This document shows positions 49,087-58,009 of a stretch of 59,925 bases of DNA, piece by piece (the first letter of the stretch is position 1; the number at the start of each line of letters is the position of its first letter). The notes beneath the pieces are model-generated. The model saw nothing but the letters and a program-made list of their open reading frames with translations. It made no database searches and was not told the DNA's origin. The position numbers were made by a program, and so were the translations under genes. The stretch is taken from assembly GCA_913031205.1 (NCBI GenBank), contig CAJWEM010000005.1, positions 1 to 59,925 on the forward strand, read 5' to 3'. Source of the DNA: an uncultured Gammaproteobacteria bacterium. Its GTDB lineage: Bacteria > Pseudomonadota > Gammaproteobacteria > Poriferisulfidales > GCA-002705445.

Positions 49087-49458
49087 ATGAAGTTTAATGA
49101 ACAAGTTTTAGAGAAAAACTCAAACATAATAAAGTCATATACCTCATCATCAATTAATATTCATGATAAAAATTATAATTATAATGTAATAGTTCCTCCG
49201 TCTGGGCCTTTAATTAAATGTGAAATGAATTTCAACAATATCTCTTCTGATTATATTATAAAAAGCTTAAAAGAAAACGTAAACTTTGTAATAATTGCTC
49301 TTGATAATACAGAATGTGTAGATAAAACACCAATTATTTTAGGTCTTAATGAGTTTCAAATTGGCATAGAGTTTATGAATTATAGTGCTGCTTGTTCAAG
49401 TCATAATATCTTACTCTCTGAAAAAAGAAATTTTTTAACTTTCTTCTTGTTTCAATGA
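49087..49458 (+). CDS. Mth938/DUF498-like protein, divergent
   Basis: I.SY....I.I, IGIEFM...AAC...NILL.E.R; usual position divergent from alaC-hom. Confidence 0.7.
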   Translation: MKFNEQVLEKNSNIIKSYTSSSINIHDKNYNYNVIVPPSGPLIKCEMNFNNISSDYIIKSLKENVNFVIIALDNTECVDKTPIILGLNEFQIGIEFMNYSAACSSHNILLSEKRNFLTFFLFQ

Positions 49459-49459
49459 G

Positions 49460-50200
49460 TCATGGCAAGTATTTTTCTGGGTCAACAGATTTTCCATTTT
49501 TTCTTATTTGAAAATGTAGCATTGGTTTGATGGAGTCTGAATCTCCAAGTTCAGCTATGACCTGACCTTTATCTACTCTGCTATTTTCCTTTACGAGAAT
49601 CCTATTTGCATGTGCATAAGCAGATAGAAAAGTATCATTATGTTTAACGATTATTAGATTACCATAACCCTTTATACCGTCTCCTGTATAAACAACAACA
49701 CCGTCTGATACTGAATAAATCTCATCACCTATATCACCTGATATATCAATACCTTTTTTTCCGATATCACTATATGAAAATGCTTTGGAAATTCGACCTT
49801 CATGTGGTCTAACCCAGCTTAGTTTGCTCGAAAACTTACGTTTTGTATTATTAAGTTGCTTATTAGGTCTAAATTTTTTTGATTTAATTTCAATTATTTG
49901 TCCTGGTTTAATTCTGTATGGTTTTTCTATATTGTTCCACTTCGCTATACTTAAATAATTCACATCGTAAAGCAAAGATATGGTATATAAGGAATCTCCC
50001 TTTTTTACAATATACTCTCCTCCATATTCTTCTGCTTCTTTTGATTTTAAGCCATAGGTAAAATATACTCTTTCTTTAATTGGCTCTTTATCTGGAATTG
50101 GATCTTTTGCTGCGTGTCTATGAATCTTCGTACAAGACGTCAGGATTATTGTAAAAAAGAAAAAAAATAATAACTGGAATTTAATTTTTGAAATATACAT
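49460..50200 (-). CDS. nlpD: LysM + M23 lipoprotein NlpD
   Basis: Lipobox LTSC, YIVKKGDSLY LysM, KGIDI, YGNLIIVKH, SAYAH, LHFQIR. Confidence 0.92.
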   Translation of the reverse strand: MYISKIKFQLLFFFFFTIILTSCTKIHRHAAKDPIPDKEPIKERVYFTYGLKSKEAEEYGGEYIVKKGDSLYTISLLYDVNYLSIAKWNNIEKPYRIKPGQIIEIKSKKFRPNKQLNNTKRKFSSKLSWVRPHEGRISKAFSYSDIGKKGIDISGDIGDEIYSVSDGVVVYTGDGIKGYGNLIIVKHNDTFLSAYAHANRILVKENSRVDKGQVIAELGDSDSIKPMLHFQIRKNGKSVDPEKYLP

Positions 50201-50201
50201 T

Positions 50202-50777
50202 TTAACTAAAATATCTCATATAAATAAAAATAATTAATAAAATTGTAGCCGCGTATCCAATATACTCAAAGTAATTTTTTAGCCTATTTGCTCTATCTAA
50301 GCCAAAAAAATAAAAAATAGCTGAAACTAAAAAGAATCTTAGGCCTCTACCTATAAATGATGCAATAAAAAAAGGGATGATTGCAATTGACATATATCCG
50401 GCAGTAATTGTAAAAACTTTATAAGGAAGAGGCGTAAATCCTGCTAAGAATATAATCAAAAAACCATGATTGTTAAATAGTTTTTTCGCCTCAAAAAAAT
50501 TTTCTTCGCTAACTATATTATTTAATATCTCTACCTCAAATAAAAAAGATCCAATTATATAACCAACTATCCCACCAAAAACTGAGTATAATGTTGTAAA
50601 AAAGGCTAGGCGAACCCAATTATATTTTCTTGTTAATGCGATTGGAGCAAGAAGAACGTCTGGCGGAATAGGAAAAATAAAAGATTCTATAAAACTTAAG
50701 CCATACAAATATTTAAGTACTTTTTCTTTATTTGCCAAATTAATTGTATAATTATAAATATTTGTAAAAATTTTCAT
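50202..50777 (-). CDS. YqaA/DedA-family membrane protein
   Basis: SFIESFIFPIPPD, GFTPLPYKVFTI, GRGLRF. Confidence 0.9.
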   Translation of the reverse strand: MKIFTNIYNYTINLANKEKVLKYLYGLSFIESFIFPIPPDVLLAPIALTRKYNWVRLAFFTTLYSVFGGIVGYIIGSFLFEVEILNNIVSEENFFEAKKLFNNHGFLIIFLAGFTPLPYKVFTITAGYMSIAIIPFFIASFIGRGLRFFLVSAIFYFFGLDRANRLKNYFEYIGYAATILLIIFIYMRYFS

Positions 50778-51445
50778 TTTTCAGTCCCCTGCAAAAGAGG
50801 CACAAAATTTACAACACCATGAACTTTTTCAGTAATTATTTTGTTATTTTTTTCGATTGACTTTAGATATTGTTTCCCATTTTTTTTAACTGGAGAAATC
50901 AATATTCCGCCTCTTGATGATAACTGTTCAATTAGAGAAGATGGTACTTCTAAAGCACCTGCGGTCACTATTATGGCATCAAAAGGAGATTTTTGAGACC
51001 ACCCTTCGTTCCCATCAGCAAACTTTGTGTATATATTTTTAAATCCTACTTTTCTAAAAATGCTATTTGCTTTTTTATGAAGAAGCTCAATTCTTTCTAT
51101 AGAATAAACTTTATCAACTAAAAGAGACAATATTGCAGCTTGATAACCTGAGCCAGTTCCAATCTCTAAAATTCTCTTCGGATTCCTGTTTATTAAAATT
51201 TCTGTCATTTTAGCAACTATCAAAGGATGCGATATAGTTTGTGATTTTCCAATCGGCAAAGCAGTATTATCATAAGCCTTACCGGCAATAGCTTCATCGA
51301 CAAATATATGTCTTGGCACAATACTCATTGCATTTAAAACTTTATTATTTTTGATGCCTTGTTTTTTGAGTTCAGAAATAAGCTTTAATCTTGATGAGTC
51401 TGAAGTCATACCACTACCTGAAAACTTTTTAAAATCTACACTCAT
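50774..51445 (-). CDS. pcm: Protein-L-isoaspartate O-methyltransferase
   Basis: VPRH.F, ALPIG..QTIS, LEIGTGSGY, PFDAIIVTA, FVPL. Confidence 0.96.
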   Translation of the reverse strand: MSVDFKKFSGSGMTSDSSRLKLISELKKQGIKNNKVLNAMSIVPRHIFVDEAIAGKAYDNTALPIGKSQTISHPLIVAKMTEILINRNPKRILEIGTGSGYQAAILSLLVDKVYSIERIELLHKKANSIFRKVGFKNIYTKFADGNEGWSQKSPFDAIIVTAGALEVPSSLIEQLSSRGGILISPVKKNGKQYLKSIEKNNKIITEKVHGVVNFVPLLQGTEK

Positions 51446-52167
51446 GAATTATTCAATTTGTTTAATATTATTGAGTTTGTTAAATCATACGTAATGGGCG
51501 TAATTGAAATTATATTATTATTTGTAGTAAAAAAGTCAGTGCCCTCTCCTTTTTCTTCTGGATCCCCTGCGGCACCAATATTATAAAAATTTTTATCTTT
51601 AATTTTTTTTGCTGGTACAGGAATACCTCTTCTACCAAGTCTTGTATACTCAAAATTCTTTATTAAGTTATTTGAATCAGGAATATTAATATTTAATAAG
51701 GTTTTTTTATTAATTGTCTTGTTTTTAATAATTTCTTCGAAAATATAAGAGCTTGATTGAGCGGCGTTTTTAAGGTTTGTAACGTCTTTTGTTATTAAAG
51801 AAATTGCTATCGGGGAAAACTCGAGATGTCTTCCCTCTAATGCCGCTGCAACAGTTCCAGAATATATAACATCGTCTCCTAAATTTGCTCCCATATTTAT
51901 TCCAGAAACAACAATATCAATTTTTTCTTTAATCAGGCATGTTAATGCAATATGTACACAGTCTGCAGGTGTTCCATCAATCACATAATGATTTTTTTCA
52001 ACATTATCTACTTTTATATCCTTTCTTGTAGACAGTGCACTACTTCCCGCACTGTTATTTTCTAGAGGTGCTGCAACATATATTTCGTGTTTTATTGATA
52101 GTTCTCTAATTAACGCTTGAATACCATCTGAGTAGTAACCATCATCATTGGACAATAATATTTTCAT
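51442..52167 (-). CDS. surE: 5'/3'-nucleotidase SurE
   Basis: ILLSNDDG, GTPADCV, SGIN.GAN, YSGTVAAA.EG. Confidence 0.96.
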   Translation of the reverse strand: MKILLSNDDGYYSDGIQALIRELSIKHEIYVAAPLENNSAGSSALSTRKDIKVDNVEKNHYVIDGTPADCVHIALTCLIKEKIDIVVSGINMGANLGDDVIYSGTVAAALEGRHLEFSPIAISLITKDVTNLKNAAQSSSYIFEEIIKNKTINKKTLLNINIPDSNNLIKNFEYTRLGRRGIPVPAKKIKDKNFYNIGAAGDPEEKGEGTDFFTTNNNIISITPITYDLTNSIILNKLNNS

Positions 52168-52208
52168 ATGTGATGATTATACTTAAAATTCTTTATAGAT
52201 GAAGTAAT

Positions 52209-52562
52209 ATGGACGAAAATACTGTTATTGGATGCTGTAAATCAGGCTATCAAAAAAATAAATTTAAAAAATTGAAAAAAGGTGATCTTAGGTATCAGGA
52301 TAATCTTGATCTTCATGGTTACTCGGCATATGAGGCAGAAGTAATGCTAGGGGTCAGAATACCTCAATGGCAAATAAATAATCAGTTAGTTGTCTTAATT
52401 CAGCATGGAAAGGGTAAGGGAATTCTAAAGAAGCTTGTTGATGAATTTCTTCAAAATGATCCAAATGTTCTAGCCTATCACTCTGCCATTCCGAAGCATG
52501 GCGGGACTGGGGCTGTTTATGTTCATTTAAAAAATATTAACAATAATGATGAGTCTAAGTAA
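52209..52562 (+). CDS. Stand-alone Smr-domain protein
   Basis: LDLHG, HGKG.G.LK, GGTGAVYV. Confidence 0.9.
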   Translation: MDENTVIGCCKSGYQKNKFKKLKKGDLRYQDNLDLHGYSAYEAEVMLGVRIPQWQINNQLVVLIQHGKGKGILKKLVDEFLQNDPNVLAYHSAIPKHGGTGAVYVHLKNINNNDESK

Positions 52563-52565
52563 TTT

Positions 52566-53822
52566 ATGAAAAAAAATAAAAAAATTTATAGCTGCATGGA
52601 TGATTACGATCCAAACTCAATATTAATTGAAAATGCTTTAAAAGAAATAAAAAAAATCTCAAAAAAACTGAGATCATACGAGTATGTTTCTCTTTCTGAC
52701 TCATATAATCGAGTCATTTACGAGAATATTAAATCAAAACTAAAAGTGCCTAACTATGATAATTCAGCTATGGACGGTTATGCACTTAATTTAAAAGATC
52801 TTAAAAATAATAATATTTTTAAAGTATGCGGAACGTCGTTAGCAGGATCCCCTTTTAAGAAAAAATTAGGTATTAAAGAATGTGTCAAAATTATGACGGG
52901 AGCTGTTATTCCAAAAGGGACAAATGCTGTAATAATGAAAGAAGAAATAGAAAATCTTAGTAAGGATAAAATTAAAGTTTTATCAAAAAAAGTTCGTGTT
53001 AATCAAAATATTAGATTCTCTGGTGAAGACATTCAAAAAAATAGGATAATTCTTAAAAAAGATCAAATTATCAATTCTGCATCGATGGGTTTATTAGCGT
53101 CACAAGGTATAAACAAAATAAAAGTATACAGGAATCCGAAAGTATCATTTTTTACGTCCGGTGATGAAGTTGTACAAATTGATAAAAAATTACCGTATGG
53201 AAAAGTTCATGATAGTAATAGATATACTCTTATAGGAATGTTAAAAAAAAATAATGTCTCATTTATTGATCTAGGTCATGCTCAAGATAATCCAAAGGAT
53301 ATTAAAAAAAAATTTGCTGAAGCAATAAAGAAAACAGATATAGTTATAACTACTGGTGGAGTTTCTGTTGGAGATGCTGATTATATTAAGGATGTAGTAA
53401 ATAGCTTGGGTGATATTAATTTTTGGAAAGTGGCAGTAAAACCTGGACGCCCATTAGCATTTGGGAAAATAAAAAATACTATTTTCTTTGGATTGCCAGG
53501 TAATCCTGTTTCGGTAATGGTAACATTTCTTCTATTTGTATTGCCGAGTATTAAACTATTATCAAGTGAAAATCATAACTTAACTTTCGAGACTGCTTTA
53601 ATAAAAACAAACTTAAAAAAAAGAAAAGGCAGAGCTGAATTTCAAAGAGGAATTCTTACAATTAAAAATAATAAAAAATATGTACATTCGGTTGGCGAGC
53701 AAGGTTCTGGAATATTAAGCTCCATGGCTAAAGCGAACTGCTTGATTTATCTGCCAGTTGAACAAGGTGCAGTAAAAATTGATGATTATGTAAAAGTATT
53801 AGTATTTAATAATTATATTTAA
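52566..53822 (+). CDS. moeA: Molybdopterin molybdotransferase
   Basis: NSAMDGYA, IMTGA, SGDE, TTGGVSVGDAD, KPGRP, GLPGNPVS. Confidence 0.97.
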   Translation: MKKNKKIYSCMDDYDPNSILIENALKEIKKISKKLRSYEYVSLSDSYNRVIYENIKSKLKVPNYDNSAMDGYALNLKDLKNNNIFKVCGTSLAGSPFKKKLGIKECVKIMTGAVIPKGTNAVIMKEEIENLSKDKIKVLSKKVRVNQNIRFSGEDIQKNRIILKKDQIINSASMGLLASQGINKIKVYRNPKVSFFTSGDEVVQIDKKLPYGKVHDSNRYTLIGMLKKNNVSFIDLGHAQDNPKDIKKKFAEAIKKTDIVITTGGVSVGDADYIKDVVNSLGDINFWKVAVKPGRPLAFGKIKNTIFFGLPGNPVSVMVTFLLFVLPSIKLLSSENHNLTFETALIKTNLKKRKGRAEFQRGILTIKNNKKYVHSVGEQGSGILSSMAKANCLIYLPVEQGAVKIDDYVKVLVFNNYI

Positions 53823-54256
53823 GTATTTTTCTCAACCCATTTCGAGGAATTATCGATAAAGTATTCTTTCTTCCATAGTGGAGCATTGTGCTTAAGGTCT
53901 TCTAGAATAACTTCAACTGCTTCCATCGATTCTTTTCTGTGAGAAGTCCAGCATGCTACAACAACAATACAATCACCCGGAAAAACTTTTCCAATTCTAT
54001 GAGCTATCATAAAATTTAATAATTTAAATTTATCTTTTACTTTTTCACCTAAATTTTCTAAATAAAACTTGGTCATTTCTGGATAGTATTCTAAATCCAT
54101 TGCCATGACATCATCTCGTTGGATATTATTATTTCTCATAAACCCAATAAAATTACTTTGCGCTCCGATTGTTTTTGCGTCACAGTAAGTATTTTCATAA
54201 TCACTTATTAATTTATAGGGGTCTATTTTTTCTTTTGATAGTATTATAGGGTTCAT
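53819..54256 (-). CDS. moaE: Molybdopterin synthase large subunit
   Basis: F.G..R, LEYYP.M, HRIG, SHR, LK..APLWKKE. Confidence 0.93.
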   Translation of the reverse strand: MNPIILSKEKIDPYKLISDYENTYCDAKTIGAQSNFIGFMRNNNIQRDDVMAMDLEYYPEMTKFYLENLGEKVKDKFKLLNFMIAHRIGKVFPGDCIVVVACWTSHRKESMEAVEVILEDLKHNAPLWKKEYFIDNSSKWVEKNT

Positions 54257-54319
54257 ATTCTATATTATATAAAATTTAACTGTTTTGTATATTTTAACAA
54301 TAAAGAATATAATTTACAC

Positions 54320-54829
54320 ATGGCTGATAAAATTAAATTGAATATTGCGATACTTACAATCTCCGACTCTAGATCTGAGGATAATGATAAATCTGGAAAA
54401 ATTCTTTATGACCTTATTAATGAATCTGGGCACCATGTTTCAGATAAATCAATTGTTAAAGATGATATATATGCTATTAGAAGCGCAATGTCGACTTGGA
54501 TTGAAAACAACGAAATTGACGTTATCGTGAGTACAGGCGGTACCGGGGTAACAGGAACAGATGGCACTCCTGAAGCTGCAGAAGTTTTATTTGATAAGAA
54601 AATAGAGGGTTTTGGTGAAATATTTAGATATATATCATTTAAGAAAATAAAAACCTCAACTATACAATCAAGGGCTACTGCGGGAGTTGCGAATTCAACA
54701 TATATTTTTTGTTTACCAGGATCTCCAAGCGCATGCAAAGATGCATGGACAGAAATAATTCAACATCAATTGGATTCTAATAACAAGCCATGTAACCTTG
54801 TTGAATTAATGCCAAGGTTAAAGAGTTAA
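54320..54829 (+). CDS. moaB: Molybdenum cofactor biosynthesis protein B
   Basis: LTISDSR, DKSG, TGGTG, STIQSRA, LPGS..AC, PCN. Confidence 0.95.
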   Translation: MADKIKLNIAILTISDSRSEDNDKSGKILYDLINESGHHVSDKSIVKDDIYAIRSAMSTWIENNEIDVIVSTGGTGVTGTDGTPEAAEVLFDKKIEGFGEIFRYISFKKIKTSTIQSRATAGVANSTYIFCLPGSPSACKDAWTEIIQHQLDSNNKPCNLVELMPRLKS

Positions 54830-55836
54830 CCTCCAATATAAGACATTTCTGCCTTTTTAATAAGTTTATATGAATTTTTACTCATCCTTGTTTCAGAATA
54901 CCTATCATCACGTTCCGACCACATATCCATCAGATAATTACTAATCGAAATATTTGACTCGGAAGACCTAAGAATTTTTTTAACGTCATGAGAGTTGCTC
55001 GCAAAAAGGCATGTGAATAATTTTCCCTCAGCAGTAAGTCTAACTCTAGAACAATCGCCACAAAATGGCTTTGAGATTGAACTAATTATTCCAAATTCTC
55101 CACCTTCGTATGACCACCTTTTTGCAACTTCGCTCTTATAATTCCTCTCTAATGGAGATACAGAATATTTTTCAGATATTATATTTATAATATCATTTAG
55201 GGTAAGAACGTCACTTTTTTCCCATAGATTTACATTTCCAACATCCATAAACTCAATAAATCTCACAATACATCCAGTGTCTTTAAAATGATCGAGCATT
55301 GACAATATATCTGTTTCGTTTATATTTTTTTTTACAACAGTATTAATCTTTATATTTTCAAAGCCTGAATCTTTTGCATTTTCAACCCCTTTCAGGACAT
55401 CTTGTGGGGAGTATTTACTCCCACTAATCTTGTGAAATTTTTCTGGGTCTAGTGAATCTAAGCTTACAGTAAGTCTATTTAATCCAGCCTCCTTTAAAAG
55501 CTTAGCTTTCTTTTTTGACAAAAGAACTCCGTTAGTTGTCATACTAATATCTTTGATTTCATCAATTTTTTTCAGCTCCTCAACTAGCAAGTGGATATTA
55601 TTTCTAAGTAAAGGTTCTCCCCCTGTCAGTCTTACTTTTTTAACACCAAAAGAAGCTAAAATTTTTGTAATTCTTATAATTTCTTCAAAATTTAAAATTT
55701 CAGATTTTTTAAAAAAATTATAATTGGAATTATAGATTTCCTTCGGCATGCAGTAGGTGCATCTGAAATTACACCTATCAGTAACCGAAATCCTAATATC
55801 TCTTAATTTTCTTGCAAATTTATCTGTAATTATCAT
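54826..55836 (-). CDS. moaA: GTP 3',8-cyclase (radical SAM)
   Basis: CNFRCTYC, RLTGGEPL, RFIEFM, FC..C.R.RL...G...C, C-terminal MSYIGG. Confidence 0.97.
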   Translation of the reverse strand: MIITDKFARKLRDIRISVTDRCNFRCTYCMPKEIYNSNYNFFKKSEILNFEEIIRITKILASFGVKKVRLTGGEPLLRNNIHLLVEELKKIDEIKDISMTTNGVLLSKKKAKLLKEAGLNRLTVSLDSLDPEKFHKISGSKYSPQDVLKGVENAKDSGFENIKINTVVKKNINETDILSMLDHFKDTGCIVRFIEFMDVGNVNLWEKSDVLTLNDIINIISEKYSVSPLERNYKSEVAKRWSYEGGEFGIISSISKPFCGDCSRVRLTAEGKLFTCLFASNSHDVKKILRSSESNISISNYLMDMWSERDDRYSETRMSKNSYKLIKKAEMSYIGG

Positions 55837-55852
55837 TTTTAATTTCTATGTA

Positions 55853-55925
55853 TGGAGCTAGGCGGTCTCGAACCGCCGACCCTTTGCATGCCATGCAAAT
55901 GCTCTACCAGCTGAGCTATAGCCCC
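55853..55925 (-). tRNA. tRNA-Ala(GGC), CCA not encoded
   Basis: Reverse complement GGGGCTATAGCTCAGCTGGTAGAGCA-TTTGC-AT-GGC-AT-GCAAA-GGGTCGGCGGTTCGAGACCGCCTAGCTCCA. Confidence 0.97.
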
Positions 55926-55934
55926 TATTCCTAA

Positions 55935-55962
55935 ATCTTAAAATATGGATTGCACATGTCAA
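55935..55962 (-). promoter_or_regulatory. Near-consensus sigma70 promoter for tRNA-Ala (and possibly moaA)
   Basis: TTGACA (55962-55957), 16 nt, TAAGAT (55940-55935), ending 9 nt before the tRNA. Confidence 0.75.
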
Positions 55963-56014
55963 GCTATCTAATTATCTTAACATTTTATCAATAATGATGT
56001 TAAAGTTTTAACAT

Positions 56015-56683
56015 ATGAAAAAGTTAAAGATACTAGCGGTATTTCTTTTTACAACATTAACAAATATTTCCCTTTCAGCAGATGGTATTTGGCAAGGCGT
56101 TTTTGATATAAATGGCCATGGAAGATATGACTTCACAGGACTTGTTAATAACCAGGATGTAACAGCATATACGGAAAAGGCAAAGGTTGTTTACAGAGGC
56201 GAAATAAATATTACAGAAGAAGATTTTATTTGGAGTCTTAAAATGTATCTCCAAGATGGTACTATGTTTGGCACTGCAGTTATTAAAGGAAAAATTCTTA
56301 ACGGAAACATTATGAGCGGGAAATGGTCAACAGAACCAGCGAAAGACTATGGAAATATATACTTAATAAAGAATGAAGAAGGTATAGAGGATGCAGAAAA
56401 CCAAATAAATAGAGCATGGACATCAATAAATTCAAAAGTCAAACAAGATATAGTAATCGAAAAAAACAAAATTCTTGGTAAAGATGAAAATGGTTGTAAT
56501 TATTACGGAGATATTAATAATTTAAATAATAAAATATATATGGTAAATCTTGAAATTGCATCATGTGGTATCTCTGATGGAGTTTACAATGGTATGGCAC
56601 ACATTGAAAAAAATGAAAAAAAATCAATTTTAAAAATTAATGCAACAAATAAAAATTTTAGTTTATTAATGATATTTGAATAA
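56015..56683 (+). CDS. Hypothetical exported protein
   Basis: Signal peptide MKKLK...SLSA; beta-strand-like alternation; two Cys. Confidence 0.75.
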   Translation: MKKLKILAVFLFTTLTNISLSADGIWQGVFDINGHGRYDFTGLVNNQDVTAYTEKAKVVYRGEINITEEDFIWSLKMYLQDGTMFGTAVIKGKILNGNIMSGKWSTEPAKDYGNIYLIKNEEGIEDAENQINRAWTSINSKVKQDIVIEKNKILGKDENGCNYYGDINNLNNKIYMVNLEIASCGISDGVYNGMAHIEKNEKKSILKINATNKNFSLLMIFE

Positions 56684-56688
56684 CATAA

Positions 56689-57570
56689 TTATTTTCGAGA
56701 GATATATATAGAAATAATGACTAAAAAAAGAGATAAAATCGAATAAAAATTAAATTGCTCTTTCAAAAAAACTATACCTGCAAAAAATGCGAAAACAGGA
56801 ATTGGGTAGTTTACTAAGCTTAAAAAATTTGGACCATAATTTTGAATAATTTTATAATATAAGACAGTAGCAAATGCTGTTGATAAAATTGATAAAATTA
56901 TTATTGATATTAAAGCATCTAGATAAATTTCACTTTCTAGTAAATAAATCTCATCACTAAAAAAAGATAAAAATATTAATTGCACAGTTGAAAAAGTCAT
57001 TACAACTGCAGATAGTGGTATCACTTCAATATCATTAATTTTTTTAACAAGTAAAGCATTAAGGGCATAAAAAAAAGCGCTTATTATAACAGCAATTTTT
57101 GAGTATATATTATTAAAAAAATTAATATTCTCATTATTATTTAACAACAGTATTAAGAGACCAAGAAATCCAACAATGAAACCTAAAATCTTGTTAGCAG
57201 TTAATTTTTCGTACTTAAAAAGATAATGTGATCCAAGAACTGTAAATAACGGCATAAACCCAATTAAAATACCTGTTTCACTGCTGCTAATTGTTTGTTG
57301 TGCCCAACTAATTAAAAAAAAAGGAATTGTAGTTCCAGATAATCCTAGTATAAAAAGAAGATTAAAATATTTATAAATAAAATTTAACTTATAGCCTTGT
57401 GCAATAGAATAAATTAGAAGAAATATTGAAGCAAAGAAGACTCTAAAAAAAGCTATCTGCGTAGGAGAAAATGAATTTAAAGATAACTCAATTAAAACAA
57501 AAGCACTGCCGAACAATACAACTAGTATAGAAAAATAAAACCATTTTAAAAAAACTTCATTTAAGTACAT
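56689..57570 (-). CDS. DMT/EamA-family transporter
   Basis: About 10 TM; FG.AF, SP..IA..R, PF.LI.WA, P..A...G..FL.E. Confidence 0.9.
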   Translation of the reverse strand: MYLNEVFLKWFYFSILVVLFGSAFVLIELSLNSFSPTQIAFFRVFFASIFLLIYSIAQGYKLNFIYKYFNLLFILGLSGTTIPFFLISWAQQTISSSETGILIGFMPLFTVLGSHYLFKYEKLTANKILGFIVGFLGLLILLLNNNENINFFNNIYSKIAVIISAFFYALNALLVKKINDIEVIPLSAVVMTFSTVQLIFLSFFSDEIYLLESEIYLDALISIIILSILSTAFATVLYYKIIQNYGPNFLSLVNYPIPVFAFFAGIVFLKEQFNFYSILSLFLVIISIYISRK

Positions 57571-58009
57571 GAATTATAATGAATAAAGTGATGCCAGAGA
57601 ATAGTCCAGCTATTATATCATCTAAAATAACACCAAGAGCATTTTTCATTTTTTTATCAATTAAAGAAATTGGATACGGTTTAACAATATCAAATAGTCT
57701 GAAAATCAAAAAACTAGAAAATAAAACAAATAATGTATTATCAAAAAATATTATAAAAATAAGATATCCTATTACCTCATCAATAACTATACTTTTATCG
57801 TCAATATCTTTAAAAACTTGTTTCTTATATGATTGACTCAAAAGAAAGAGAGATATTAAAAAAAGTAGAAAAACAATGGAAATTTTTGTAATTAAGTTGA
57901 AATCATAAATTAATAAAAAGATTGGAATAGCCAATAACGTTCCAAAAGTACCTGGGGCATACTTTATTTTACCAATATAAAATCCTGTAAGTATAAATTT
58001 TAGAATCAT
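57557..58009 (-). CDS. pgpA: Phosphatidylglycerophosphatase A
   Basis: APGTFGT, IVIDEVIG, FRLFDIVKPYPI, G..LDD..AG. Confidence 0.95.
   Translation of the reverse strand: MILKFILTGFYIGKIKYAPGTFGTLLAIPIFLLIYDFNLITKISIVFLLFLISLFLLSQSYKKQVFKDIDDKSIVIDEVIGYLIFIIFFDNTLFVLFSSFLIFRLFDIVKPYPISLIDKKMKNALGVILDDIIAGLFSGITLFIIIHVLK

Noticed and set aside
55853-56683. tRNA-Ala as an integration site for an island
   Set aside because: No integrase and no duplicated tRNA 3' end seen; core moaA lies directly at the 3' side
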